A DNA stretch of 64,000 nucleotides, taken from Gammaproteobacteria bacterium (GTDB taxonomy: Bacteria > Pseudomonadota > Gammaproteobacteria > JBCCGL01). Shown piece by piece: positions 40,507-50,951 of this stretch (its first letter is position 1; every line of letters begins with the position of its first letter). A program made the position numbers and the translations under genes. The notes beneath the pieces are model-generated. The model did not search any database. It saw only the letters and a list, made by a program, of their open reading frames with translations, and had not been told where the DNA came from. The DNA is taken from positions 3,680,001-3,744,000 of the forward strand of contig OZ255836.1 of the NCBI GenBank assembly GCA_965277715.1, read 5' to 3'.

Positions 40507-41625
40507 GTGACGAATGAAAAACTCAGTGTCGCCTTAATTAAGGGCGATGGTATTGGCATCGATGTCAGTGATGCCACGGTCGCGGTTGTCGATGCCGCGT
40601 TGAGCGCCTGTGGTGCTGGTGCGCTGCACTACCGTGAAATACAGGCCGGCGCGGGCCTGTTCGATGAAACGGGGCGTGATATTGAACCCGGTGGTGAGCA
40701 AGCCGCAGGCGAGGCTGATGCGATCTTTTTGGGTGCGATAGGCCTGCCCAGCGTGCGTTATGCCGACGGCACGGAAATTTCACCGCACCTGCGTCTGCGT
40801 GAACGCTACCAGCTCTATGCGGGTGTGCGACCAGTGAGGGCTTACCCTAACGCACCGCAGCCGCTGGCTGATGCCCGGTCTGCCGATATTGATTTCGTTG
40901 TTTTGCGTGAATCGACCGAAGGGCTGTTTTATTCGGCGGCGGTGCATAAGCGCGATTTGATTGCCAACGATAAGGAAGTGCGCGATGAGTTGCGCATTAC
41001 CCGCTCGACCACCGAGAAACTTCACCACTTTGGTTTTCGTCTGGCGGAAAAGCGCCAATCCCGAGGTGGCCCAGGTCGATTGACCTGTGTGGATAAGGCC
41101 AATGTGTTTCGCTCGATGGCGTTTTTTCGGCAGATATTTGATGAAGTTGCCCAGCAGTATCCGCAGATTGAAACACGCTATAACTACGTCGATGCACAGG
41201 CGCTGGATCTTATTCGCAAACCCTGGGAGTGCGATGTGCTGGTGATGGAAAATATGTTTGGCGATATCCTGTCTGACCTGGCGGGTGCTTTGGTAGGGGG
41301 TATGGGTATGGCGGCCTGTGCAGAAATTGGTGATGACACCGGCTTGTTCCAGCCCGCTCACGGCAGCGCGCCGGATATTATGGGGCAGGATAAAGCCAAC
41401 CCGCTGGCCGCTATTTTGAGTGGTGCTTTGATGCTCGACTATTTGGCGGAGAAAACCGCTAAGCCTTTACTTGCCGAGGCCAGCACGTTGATCGATGATG
41501 CCGTGTACCGGGGCTTCTCCGAGGGGCGTATCAGGCCCATGGAGTTCGGCGGTGATATGGGGACATTGGCAGTGGCTGAGGCAGTGCGCAATCTGGTGCT
41601 CGACACCAATACCCGACGGGGGTGA
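40507..41625 (+). CDS. Isocitrate/isopropylmalate/tartrate dehydrogenase family protein
   Basis: GDGIG, RESTEG, VDKANV, ENMFGDILSDL and HGSAPDI. Confidence 0.9.
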   Translation: MTNEKLSVALIKGDGIGIDVSDATVAVVDAALSACGAGALHYREIQAGAGLFDETGRDIEPGGEQAAGEADAIFLGAIGLPSVRYADGTEISPHLRLRERYQLYAGVRPVRAYPNAPQPLADARSADIDFVVLRESTEGLFYSAAVHKRDLIANDKEVRDELRITRSTTEKLHHFGFRLAEKRQSRGGPGRLTCVDKANVFRSMAFFRQIFDEVAQQYPQIETRYNYVDAQALDLIRKPWECDVLVMENMFGDILSDLAGALVGGMGMAACAEIGDDTGLFQPAHGSAPDIMGQDKANPLAAILSGALMLDYLAEKTAKPLLAEASTLIDDAVYRGFSEGRIRPMEFGGDMGTLAVAEAVRNLVLDTNTRRG

Positions 41626-41628
41626 TGT

Positions 41629-41913
41629 ATGTATGTTGTATTAGTTGAATTTTCGGTACACAAAGAAAAGCACCTGGATTTTCTTCAACGTGTGCGACAG
41701 CAGGCGCGGGATTCATTGGCGCTAGAGGCGGCCTGCCAGGTCTTTGATGTGTGCCACGATCCGCACGACGATAGCCGCGTGGTGCTCTACGAAGTGTACG
41801 ACAATGAAGCGGCGTTTAAGCTGCACTTACAGAGTGACCACTTCAAGGCGTTTGACGCGGATGTGCGCGATTGGATCGTGAATAAAGTGGTGTCCTTGTT
41901 GCAGCGAGACTAG
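41629..41913 (+). CDS. ABM/putative quinol monooxygenase (LsrG-like)
   Basis: E..C..FDV, LYEVY...AF..H..S.HF. Confidence 0.85.
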   Translation: MYVVLVEFSVHKEKHLDFLQRVRQQARDSLALEAACQVFDVCHDPHDDSRVVLYEVYDNEAAFKLHLQSDHFKAFDADVRDWIVNKVVSLLQRD

Positions 41914-41936
41914 TGGGTTACACCCCTTGAGTAAGC

Positions 41937-42407
41937 GTGGCTGACATGCCTATTACCCTATCAACACCCCAACAACTCAGCTCACTCTGCGGGCGGGCAA
42001 TCCCCACTGAGATGACCATTCCCATCACACAAACACTGATCGATGGTTTTTGTGCCATTAGCGGTGACCACCAGGCTATCCACAAAGCCACCGGTGAAGT
42101 CGGCTTATCTATCGCACCGGGCAATTTGCTGGTCACCTTGATTCCCCGCCTGGTGCAGAGTGCATTCACCGTGCAGACGTATGAAAAATGCCTTATCGCG
42201 AAGTACCGTTCGGTGCGTTTTTTGCGCCCGGTGTTTGTCGGTGAGTCGATTGGTATGCGCCTGTTTGTCGATAAAGTAAAAACCCTGAATGACAAGACCT
42301 GGGTGGAAATAACTTGTCATCTCAATAGCGATAACATTACAGTAGCGACCGCAACGCTAAGTGATATTTACTATCACACCCAACCCATCGGCACCAATCT
42401 GGAGTGA
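41937..42407 (+). CDS. MaoC/hotdog fold dehydratase
   Basis: F..ISGDHQAIH and VRFLRPV. Confidence 0.75.
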   Translation: MADMPITLSTPQQLSSLCGRAIPTEMTIPITQTLIDGFCAISGDHQAIHKATGEVGLSIAPGNLLVTLIPRLVQSAFTVQTYEKCLIAKYRSVRFLRPVFVGESIGMRLFVDKVKTLNDKTWVEITCHLNSDNITVATATLSDIYYHTQPIGTNLE

Positions 42408-43171
42408 CCACCTTGAAAACAATTATTACCGCACTGTTCCTATCATTCACTTTAGTGAGTATGACGCATGCAGGTGGTTTGAGTGATTTGTTAAACAGCG
42501 ATGTATTAAGCAAAGGCAAAGAGCTGCTTAATAAGGTTGAGAGTGGCACGGGCGGTAGCCTCGGCGGTGACCTCGACCCGGCAACGGTGGCCAATGGCCT
42601 AAAAGAGGCATTGCAAAAAGGCGCTGAAAAAGCGGTGTCACTGGCCGGTATTCAGGACGGTTACTTTAAAAACCCCGAGATTAAAATCCCACTGCCGGAG
42701 AGTACGCAAAAGGTCACTAAAACTCTAAAAAAACTGGGCTTGGGTAAATATATTGACCGTTTTGACGAGTCGATCAACCGCGCCGCAGAAAAGGCGGCAC
42801 CCGTGGCGATTGATTATTTTACGACGGCACTAAAGGGCATGAGTATCGAAGACGCCTACAAAATCCTGCGTGGCCCGGATAACGCCGCCACCCAGTACTT
42901 TAAAGACAAAACCATCAGCAAGCTGACCAGCGCATTTCGCCCGTCTATCGATGCGAGTCTGTCGAAAGTCGGTGCAGTCAAGGCGTATAAGAAAGTGCAG
43001 GAGCGTGCGGGTAAAGTTGGGCTGGGCAGCCAGGTGGATTTCGATATGTCTGATTACGTGACGGGCAAGGCGCTGGATGGTTTGTTTCAACTGGTCGCCA
43101 ACGAGGAGAAAAACATCCGGGAAAACCCGGTGGCGCGCACCAGTGAGCTGTTGCAGCAGGTGTTTAAGTAG
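42404..43171 (+). CDS. DUF4197 family exported protein
   Basis: GLKEAL, NRAAE.A, AAT.YF and EEKNIRENP.ART.LL..VF. Confidence 0.85.
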   Translation: MTTLKTIITALFLSFTLVSMTHAGGLSDLLNSDVLSKGKELLNKVESGTGGSLGGDLDPATVANGLKEALQKGAEKAVSLAGIQDGYFKNPEIKIPLPESTQKVTKTLKKLGLGKYIDRFDESINRAAEKAAPVAIDYFTTALKGMSIEDAYKILRGPDNAATQYFKDKTISKLTSAFRPSIDASLSKVGAVKAYKKVQERAGKVGLGSQVDFDMSDYVTGKALDGLFQLVANEEKNIRENPVARTSELLQQVFK

Positions 43172-43172
43172 G

Positions 43173-43634
43173 TTATCCCCCCTCGCTACAAAACAGAGCG
43201 CCAAAATACCGGGCCGCTTTTTGTGGCCCCAATAACTTCAAGGTACTGGGGTCACCCCGCGCCGCTACCACTAAAGGCTTAATACCAGGGCGAACCAGTA
43301 CCAGGCCCACCGTTTCTGGCCAGGTGGTGGGTAAGATTATCGTGTGTGACACCACGGCCTGGTCGCTTGCCTGGCTAATGGCAAGTGTGCCTGCAAAGGT
43401 TGTTTCCTGTACGGCATTAATCCCCGATCTACCCAAACACTGCAAGGTTCTGAATACCGCCTGGCCTAGCTGCTCTAGCGTGTCCGTCGTTTGCGCATCG
43501 GGCGCCGCCAGTTTGTTTTGCATGGAGGGTGGCAGGTAGGCAATGACTAGAGGGGTATTGTCATTGAAGCGGTCGGTTGCCAGCGCTACAGCGGAAAAAC
43601 CGACCAGGCATAGGCAAAAAACCAACCACCTCAT
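43173..43634 (-). CDS. Hypothetical exported protein
   Basis: Signal-like N-terminus; overlaps the GMC gene stop. Confidence 0.55.
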   Translation of the reverse strand: MRWLVFCLCLVGFSAVALATDRFNDNTPLVIAYLPPSMQNKLAAPDAQTTDTLEQLGQAVFRTLQCLGRSGINAVQETTFAGTLAISQASDQAVVSHTIILPTTWPETVGLVLVRPGIKPLVVAARGDPSTLKLLGPQKAARYFGALFCSEGG

Positions 43635-45244
43635 GTATCGGCTAACACCAGGTCAGCACCTTTTTCCCCAACCATAATCGAGGGTGCATTGGTATTGCCC
43701 GAGGTGATATTGGGGAATATCGAGGCGTCGATCACGCGCAGATTATCGACACCGTGCACTTTTAAAGTGCTGTCGACCACGTTGGTTTTGTTGTTTTCGC
43801 CCATCCGGCAGGTGCAGCTAGGGTGGAAGATGGTCGTGGCGCGCTGGCGAAAGTCCTCTAAAAAGTCATCGTCGCTGGCGGTCTGCACGCCGGGTTTGAA
43901 TTCCTCAGTGATAATATCCGCAAATGCCGGAGAGGCGGCGATCTTGCGCATTAATTTTGCCCCGGCAATCGCCTCTTGCCGGTCGTGTTTGGTCGCCAGG
44001 TAATTGGGCCGGATAGCCGGGTGCTCAAACGGGTCGGCGCTGCGGATAGTGATCTCGCCACGGCTGCTGGGGCGGCAGGCGTTATAGCCGAGTAAAAACG
44101 CCTCAAACGGATCTAACTCAACCATGGGGCGGGTGCCCACTTTAGCCGTCGAATAACTGGCGGGCACATAATAGAGTTGCAGATTAGGCTGGGTTAAGTC
44201 AGGGGATGATTTGACGAACCCACCGCCCTGATTAACCCCCAATGACAATGGTCCACCGCGTGTTAACGCATAGCGCAACCCCGCCCACAGCTTGCCCCGC
44301 CACCCGGCGAATTCACCGTTTAGTGTACGCAGCCGGGTTTTGTAGTAGTGGCTGGTGCCGATATGGTCTTGTAGGTTTTGCCCCACAGCCGGGCTATCGA
44401 CCACCACCTCAACCCCGTGTGCGCGCAACAGCGCCGCCGGGCCGACACCAGACAACTGCAACAACTGCGGCGAATTGACCGCACCGCCGGATAAAATCAC
44501 CTCGCGCCCGGCGCGCACCTGATGGGTTTTACCGTTTTGTTGGTACTCAACCCCGCTTGCCTTATTCCCTTCAAACAACAAGCGGGTGACATGCGCCCGC
44601 GTTTCCAGGTGGAGATTGTGGCGTTTGAGCACCGGGTGTAAATAAGACCGCGCCGTCGAGGCGCGCCGCCCGTTTTTTGTCGTGATCTGATAGACACCAA
44701 CGCCTTCAAACTGCGCGCCGTTGAAATCTTCCGTGTAACGCAACCCCGCCTGTTTGCAGGCTTCGATATAAGCCTGGCAGGTGGGGTGGTAGTAAGCGCT
44801 GACGTCAGCGGCGTGCTGTGGGCCGCCTGCGTTGTGGTATTCGCTGCCGCCCCAATCGTGGTCTTCCATTTTTTTGAAGTAGGGGAGCACATCATGCCAA
44901 CCCCAGCCGGGGTTACCCGCTGCCTGCCAGTCGTCAAAATCGCGTTGTTGGCCACGGATATACACCATTGCGTTAATGCTGCTGGAACCGCCCAGGACTT
45001 TACCGCGTGGCCAGTAACTCACGCGGTTATGGGTGCCGGGGTCTGGTTCTGAGTGGTATTTCCAGTTGACGCTGGCATCGTAGAACGTTTTGGCGTAACC
45101 GATGGGGATTTGTACCCAGAAGCGTTTGTCTGATCCGCCTGCCTCCAGTAGCAATACCTGGAAACGGCCATTTTCACTGAGCCGGTTGGCGAGTACGCAA
45201 CCGGCGGAACCGGCGCCGATGATGATGTAGTCGTAGCTTGGCAT
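43631..45244 (-). CDS. GMC oxidoreductase (choline dehydrogenase-like)
   Basis: GAGSAG, RGKVLGGSSSINAM, G.NLQDH and GNTNAP. Confidence 0.92.
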   Translation of the reverse strand: MPSYDYIIIGAGSAGCVLANRLSENGRFQVLLLEAGGSDKRFWVQIPIGYAKTFYDASVNWKYHSEPDPGTHNRVSYWPRGKVLGGSSSINAMVYIRGQQRDFDDWQAAGNPGWGWHDVLPYFKKMEDHDWGGSEYHNAGGPQHAADVSAYYHPTCQAYIEACKQAGLRYTEDFNGAQFEGVGVYQITTKNGRRASTARSYLHPVLKRHNLHLETRAHVTRLLFEGNKASGVEYQQNGKTHQVRAGREVILSGGAVNSPQLLQLSGVGPAALLRAHGVEVVVDSPAVGQNLQDHIGTSHYYKTRLRTLNGEFAGWRGKLWAGLRYALTRGGPLSLGVNQGGGFVKSSPDLTQPNLQLYYVPASYSTAKVGTRPMVELDPFEAFLLGYNACRPSSRGEITIRSADPFEHPAIRPNYLATKHDRQEAIAGAKLMRKIAASPAFADIITEEFKPGVQTASDDDFLEDFRQRATTIFHPSCTCRMGENNKTNVVDSTLKVHGVDNLRVIDASIFPNITSGNTNAPSIMVGEKGADLVLADT

Positions 45245-45574
45245 AAGAGGGTGATTATCTGGTAGTTTTATTTCGGGATTCTTGCAGATGATGAGGGTGG
45301 TGACAAATGGTGTTTGCATTGGGTGGTTGTGTAACCATTGGTTGTTTTATGTAACTAAAAGTTGTTTTGTTTTGGTATGGTCGATGAGGTGGTTGATCCG
45401 GTTTTTATTTTTATGCTGGGTGTGTGGGTGTTATGGGGTTTCACCTGCGGTGCTTTGGTGTTTTTCTCTGTCCTTTTACAGGCGGGTGAAACCCACCACC
45501 TAAATAAACCATTCCCCTATGCAAACCCCCGGTAAATTGGTAAAAAGACCACTACAAACACCAGGAATTTCCCC

Positions 45575-47839
45575 ATGCCAGCCAGGAACCCCCCATCAAG
45601 AAAAAACCAAACCCCAAAAGAGGAACTAAAACAACGCTTGGAAAAACTGGCAGTGAAAGACCGGGAAGCCCTCGCGGTATTTGCCGGTCGCTGTGCTTTG
45701 CGGGTGATGCCCTGGTTGGCAACTGATAAAGGGTTGACGTATTGGGGGGATAATCAGGTAAAGCATTTGCTGGCAGTAGAAGCCGCCAGCATATCGGCTT
45801 TGTTATATAATCTTAATGCCGCCGCCTATGCCGCCTACGCCGCCGCCGCCGCCGCCGCCGCTGCCGCCAACGCCTACGCCGCCACCGCCGCCTACGCCGC
45901 CACCGACGCCGCCTACGCCGCCAACGCCGCCAACGCCGCCAACGCCGCCAACGCCGCCTACGCCGACGCCAACACCGTCGCCTACGCCGCTATAAAAAAC
46001 GACCTCAACCTACTAGAAAAAGGCCAAACCCAAACCGTCAGAGAACACCCACTATGGCCCAACCATTCCCCACCTAAAAGCTTCCCAAAGCGACTCAAAC
46101 AATTCGAAGAAACCCTCCAAAACCTAAACCAACACGACCTCCTAAACCGCTACCAAGCCCTACTAAAAGGCGGCACTGACCCCGCCGCAATCTATAAAGG
46201 CGTTTTAGAAAGCTGGCTCGAAACCAAAGACACTGACCCCGATAACACGGCTAAAACCACTCCACCCCAATACATAGCCACCACCCGCACAGCCGCCGAA
46301 AAACCCGGTCAACAAGATCACCTAAACCGCACTCACCTGGCCCAGGCGCTCAGCCGCTTCCTACTCGATAAAGACAACATCGAACACCAAACCATCGGCC
46401 TGCTGGGCGATTGGGGCGTAGGCAAAACCACGTTTATCAACCTGTTAAAAAAAGCACTGAGCGCCGATAAACAAGGCGTAAAATTTTTGTGCGGCGACTA
46501 CAACGCCTGGGAGTTTGAGCACACCAGCAACCAACAGGCAGGTATGGCCCAAAAGGCGATTAAAGGCTTAACCGATGACCTGAACTGGTGGCGCAAGCGG
46601 TGCCTGGCGTTTCGCCTGAGCCGAAAGAACAAACCGGTATTGACCGTGCTGATACCGATGGTACTTATCGCCTTGGCGCTATTGTTTTCAGATTTAACAC
46701 CCGTGCCAAATATGCTGCGCTGGGCGGTGGAGGCGTATCTTCCCGAGTCGGTTTTCACCAGTTTGTATAAAGCACACCCTATATTGATCAATGCTCTGCC
46801 GGTTTTTCTGGCGCTGTCTCTGCTGTCCTGGCAGTTTTTGTTTCGTATGCCGGACTTACTGCGTAGCCCCACCCACAAGTACTGGTCGACGTTTCTCAGC
46901 TTGCCGAATTTTGAAAAAGACCTCGGCACTATTCCGGTGATGCGTCGACAGATCGAAGACCTGGCCCAATTGCGGCTCAGTGAAAACCGGCCCGTCAAAC
47001 AGCGGTTTTTATTTGTCGTCGATGATCTCGACCGCTGTGGTGATGAGGCGATTGTGCGGGTGCTGGAGGCGGTGCGGCTGGTGATGGATATTCAGGGTGT
47101 GGTGGTGCTGATCGCTATCGACCACCGGGTGGCGCTGGCGTCGCTGGCTCTGCGTTACCAGGAAATGGCGAAGTACCACGAAAACCGTGACGCCAATGCG
47201 ATTGGCCGCGACTACCTGGCCAAGCTGATTCACCTGCCGATTCAGCTACAGCAGCCAGATAGTGGATCGGTGGAGGGTTATCTCGTCTCGCTGTGGGGAG
47301 ACGCAGCCGATGATGACCCGGCGCCCTCGGCTTCACCCAACACCGATAAACCCGATACGGCCAAGCAAGCGGCAGCGGCTCGGGAACAACAGGCCGATAC
47401 GCCGGATGCAGCGCCCGCGCCCCGGCGGCTGGAAACCGTGGCGTCGAAAACAGCCAACGCCCTGGATAAAGGTAAAGAAATGGGCATGAGCGCCGAACAA
47501 AAATCAGTGTTTATCCATTGGTGTCACTACTTTGATATCGCCAATCCCCGGCAGGTTAAGCGCCTGTACAATACTTACAATCTGTTGCGGCATTACTATG
47601 TTGAGGCGTCAATGGCGCCAGCGCAGGTGCAGGCAAGTTGGGAAAACTACCCGGTGTTGGCGGTGTTGTTTGTCTTGGAATATGCATTTCATCACCAGGT
47701 CAATATTGATGAACCGATTGATAATGCGGTTATTGCCGGGAAGTTGCGGGAAGTGAAGGTGCCGATGGATGCAGATTTTGATGAAGTGCGGGAGAAGATA
47801 GCGCCGTTTGTTTTACCTGCTTCTGGGCGGGTTATGTAG
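45575..47839 (+). CDS. KAP family P-loop NTPase with Ala-rich N-terminal domain
   Basis: GDWGVGKT, YNAW, two TM helices, VVDDLDRC, YLAKLIHLP and NPRQVKRL. Confidence 0.9.
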   Translation: MPARNPPSRKNQTPKEELKQRLEKLAVKDREALAVFAGRCALRVMPWLATDKGLTYWGDNQVKHLLAVEAASISALLYNLNAAAYAAYAAAAAAAAAANAYAATAAYAATDAAYAANAANAANAANAAYADANTVAYAAIKNDLNLLEKGQTQTVREHPLWPNHSPPKSFPKRLKQFEETLQNLNQHDLLNRYQALLKGGTDPAAIYKGVLESWLETKDTDPDNTAKTTPPQYIATTRTAAEKPGQQDHLNRTHLAQALSRFLLDKDNIEHQTIGLLGDWGVGKTTFINLLKKALSADKQGVKFLCGDYNAWEFEHTSNQQAGMAQKAIKGLTDDLNWWRKRCLAFRLSRKNKPVLTVLIPMVLIALALLFSDLTPVPNMLRWAVEAYLPESVFTSLYKAHPILINALPVFLALSLLSWQFLFRMPDLLRSPTHKYWSTFLSLPNFEKDLGTIPVMRRQIEDLAQLRLSENRPVKQRFLFVVDDLDRCGDEAIVRVLEAVRLVMDIQGVVVLIAIDHRVALASLALRYQEMAKYHENRDANAIGRDYLAKLIHLPIQLQQPDSGSVEGYLVSLWGDAADDDPAPSASPNTDKPDTAKQAAAAREQQADTPDAAPAPRRLETVASKTANALDKGKEMGMSAEQKSVFIHWCHYFDIANPRQVKRLYNTYNLLRHYYVEASMAPAQVQASWENYPVLAVLFVLEYAFHHQVNIDEPIDNAVIAGKLREVKVPMDADFDEVREKIAPFVLPASGRVM
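45817..45990 (+). repeat. GCC/AAC/TAC low-complexity tract encoding poly-Ala with Y, N, T and D
   Basis: Runs of GCC and repeated GCCAACGCC units. Confidence 0.85.
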
Positions 47840-48134
47840 CGGGATGTGCGAGAATATCTGATAATCCGGCAACAGATCACCCAGATGGTGAATGCCTTTG
47901 TTGAGGCTGAGCAGCTAAAGGTGGTGGTGGGTTACTCCCGTGATCGGTGATACAGCATTGAAAATCGGTCAAAAATGTATATTTATTCTGTGTAAGCTGT
48001 GTTTTTTGGCCGGTTTCCGCTTTGCCTCGCCTTCGCTAGGGTATTTACAGCGCGGCTACCTGGCAAAAAAGTCCTTTTTTATCTTCATAATCAAGCCGGG
48101 GCAATTGCCCCGGCCCGTTAAACAATGATAGTAA

Positions 48135-49181
48135 TTACTGCAATACTTTGGTCCACACCCGGTCGTACAATTTGATCGATTTTGAACTACAGGTCTGGCT
48201 GAAGTGCACTGGCACGCCTGGGTCGATGTTGATTTCAGGTGCTTTGCCCAGTGCCGGGTCGATGTACGCTGAAATGGCATCTGCATCCAGTGGTGATGCA
48301 TAGCGGTTGAAGTTGGAGATGTCCGCGCCGTTTTTTGCATCCATCATAAAGTTGATGAATTTTTCAGCATTGGCTTTGTTCGGTGCGCCTTTTGGCACAA
48401 CGAGGCTATCAAACCAACCGATGATGCCCTCTTTAGGGTGCACGAATTTAAGTTTGCCAACACCATTTTCGGTGCGGTTTTTCATTGAATAACCATCCCA
48501 GTGGCTGCTCACTAACACTTCACCGCTGGCGAGGTTGGCCACCATGGTTTCTGAATTGTAGGTTTTTACGTGCGGTTTTTGTTTGAGCAATAAAGCCTGG
48601 ACTTCTTTCATGTCTTTTGGGTCTTCGTTGCATTGTTCGTGACCCAGGTACATGAGGGCCAGCGGGATGACTTCATCCGGGGTGCGAAAGACCTGTACTT
48701 TGCCAGAGACGGAATCGTTCGGCTCGAAGAATTCTTTTAGAGAGTCACCCGGGCCGTCGTAGCCGTCCATGTTGATCGAGAAGGAGGTTGATCCCATTTG
48801 CCAGGGGGCTGTGTAGTCCTGGGTGGGGTCCCACGGTGGGTTCTGCCAGCGGCTATCGACGTTGCTGTAGTTGGCCATGCCTTTTACATCGATTTTTTCC
48901 AGCATACCTTCTTCGATCATGATGGTGACGAAGTTTTGGCTGGGAATGGCTATGTCATAACCGGCGGCACCGGATTTGAGTTTGGCTAACAGGGTTTCGT
49001 TGGAGTCATATGTGTCGACGTTGACTTTGATGCCCGTTTCTTTTTCAAACTTGGCAATCAGCTCAGGCGGGGTGTAGTCGACCCAGTTGTACAGGTTTAG
49101 CTCACCGCTGGCGGCGGCTGTAGCGCTAAACAGGGATGCGGCGAGCAGAACACCCGCTCGCTTGCTGATATTAGTGACCAT
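48135..49181 (-). CDS. Polyamine ABC transporter substrate-binding protein (PotD/PotF-like)
   Basis: LNLYNW.DY, FEKETGIKV, YDSNE.LLAKL and PKEG. Confidence 0.9.
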   Translation of the reverse strand: MVTNISKRAGVLLAASLFSATAAASGELNLYNWVDYTPPELIAKFEKETGIKVNVDTYDSNETLLAKLKSGAAGYDIAIPSQNFVTIMIEEGMLEKIDVKGMANYSNVDSRWQNPPWDPTQDYTAPWQMGSTSFSINMDGYDGPGDSLKEFFEPNDSVSGKVQVFRTPDEVIPLALMYLGHEQCNEDPKDMKEVQALLLKQKPHVKTYNSETMVANLASGEVLVSSHWDGYSMKNRTENGVGKLKFVHPKEGIIGWFDSLVVPKGAPNKANAEKFINFMMDAKNGADISNFNRYASPLDADAISAYIDPALGKAPEINIDPGVPVHFSQTCSSKSIKLYDRVWTKVLQ

Positions 49182-49995
49182 AACTTCTTTCCTCACTTTG
49201 CTTTGATATAAACCAGTATGTCGCGACAAGCACTAATGAAACCAGGAACAAGACGGTCGATACTGCATTGATTTCAGGTGAAACACCTAAACGGATCATG
49301 CCGTAAATGTATAACGGCAGGGTTGTGGCGCCAGCACCGGCCACCATTAATGAAATAATAAAATCGTCGATTGAAATAATAAACGCCAAAATACCCCCGG
49401 CAAAAATGCCGGGCTTGAGTTGCGGCAGGATGATGTACCACAGCACTTTGACATCGTTGGCGTAAAGGTCTTTGCCCGCTTCACGCAGGGTTTCATCCAT
49501 GCCCGCCAGGCGGGCGCGAATCGGCATAAACGCAAACGGAATGCAGAAGGTGATGTGCGCGACGATAATCGAACTCAAACCCAGTGGGAACTCGATTGCG
49601 GCAAAGAAACTCAAGGTCGCGACGGCCGTGGCAATCTCCGGCACCAGCAGCGGCAGGCTGATAATGCCCAGGCTCAGCCCCTGGCCCTTAAACACCCCAC
49701 GCGAGAGCACCAGGGCGGCCATGGTGGCAAACAATGTGGCGCACACGGTCGCGATGCTGGCGACGATTAAGCTGTTCCAGATGGCACTTTGGATGCTCTC
49801 ATTGGAAAATGCCTTCACGTACCATTTGAGGCTAAATGATGTCCATACCTGGGCGATACGGTTATCGTTAAACGAGAAACCAATCAACACAGCAATCGGC
49901 GCGTACAAATACACAAAGAACACACACGCCCAACCCTTCAGCCACGCCGTTTGCCCCTTACCACTCGCCATCGACTTACCCGTATTACCCGCCAC
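49171..49995 (-). CDS. Polyamine ABC permease (PotC-like)
   Basis: YLYAPI...SFN, EAG.DL.A and TTLPL.IY. Confidence 0.88.
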   Translation of the reverse strand: MAGNTGKSMASGKGQTAWLKGWACVFFVYLYAPIAVLIGFSFNDNRIAQVWTSFSLKWYVKAFSNESIQSAIWNSLIVASIATVCATLFATMAALVLSRGVFKGQGLSLGIISLPLLVPEIATAVATLSFFAAIEFPLGLSSIIVAHITFCIPFAFMPIRARLAGMDETLREAGKDLYANDVKVLWYIILPQLKPGIFAGGILAFIISIDDFIISLMVAGAGATTLPLYIYGMIRLGVSPEINAVSTVLFLVSLVLVATYWFISKQSEERSYGH

Positions 49996-50036
49996 GCCGA
50001 TGCCTCCGCCACACTTTACCCATCACCTTTCACCTC

Positions 50037-50942
50037 TCACCTCTCACTCTTTTCATCCACCTGCGCCCGTGAGACCCGAATATAAAAATACGAGCCCACC
50101 GCCACCATCATCAACAGCAGCATGGTCAGGGCGCCGCCAAATGGCCAGTTTCTGGCCGAGGAAAACTGAAACTGAATCAGATTGGAGAGCATCATTTTCT
50201 TGCCGCCACCGAGTACCGAGGGCGAGATAAAATCACCCAGGCTCAAGACAAATACCAGAATGCACCCGGCGATAATGCCCGGCAGGCACAGCGGGATAAC
50301 AATTTGCCGGATGACTGTCCAGCGGTTGGCGTACAGGTCGTGCCCGGCTTCAACCAGGTTAAAGTCGAGTTTTTCCAGGCTGGCGTAAATCGGCAGGATC
50401 ATCAGCGGGATGTAGCTGTACACCAGGCCAACGGCGATGGCCAGGTTGCCGTACATCAGTTGTAGCGACTCGTCGATCAGGCCCAGTGCCAGCAGCGGTT
50501 GCTCGATCATGCCGTCTTTGCCGAGGATGAGTATCCACGAATAGGCGCGCACCAGCAGGTTTGTCCAGAAGGGGATGGTGACTAGCAGCAGCAATATATC
50601 CCGCACCGCAGGCCGTTGCTGCACGATGTACCAGGCCACCGGAAAACCGATGATAAATGACAGGCTGGTGCCCAGGATGGCCAGTACCACCGAGCGCCAG
50701 ATGATTTGCAGGTACACGGGTTCAAAAATCAACGAATCGTCGAGGTCGCGTTCAAAAAACAGTTGCAGCCAGGCCTCCATGCTGAAGCCCGGCTCCACGC
50801 CACCGTAGGAGTCTGCCGGTTTAAACGAATACACGCCCAGCAGGATGATGGGTATTGCCATAAAGACGATGATAATCAGCAGCGAGGGGGTCAGGCCCAG
50901 CCAGCGGCGGGCCAGTGGGTTTTGCGGTAAATTGATGTTCAT
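50037..50942 (-). CDS. Polyamine ABC permease (PotB-like)
   Basis: PFWTNLLVRAYSW, LPIYASLEKLD and NWPFG.A. Confidence 0.88.
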   Translation of the reverse strand: MNINLPQNPLARRWLGLTPSLLIIIVFMAIPIILLGVYSFKPADSYGGVEPGFSMEAWLQLFFERDLDDSLIFEPVYLQIIWRSVVLAILGTSLSFIIGFPVAWYIVQQRPAVRDILLLLVTIPFWTNLLVRAYSWILILGKDGMIEQPLLALGLIDESLQLMYGNLAIAVGLVYSYIPLMILPIYASLEKLDFNLVEAGHDLYANRWTVIRQIVIPLCLPGIIAGCILVFVLSLGDFISPSVLGGGKKMMLSNLIQFQFSSARNWPFGGALTMLLLMMVAVGSYFYIRVSRAQVDEKSER

Positions 50943-50951
50943 TGGTGTGGC

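Noticed and set aside
45817-45990. DGR template or variable repeat suggested by the AAC-rich tract
   Set aside because: No reverse transcriptase and no second copy differing at adenines in the window
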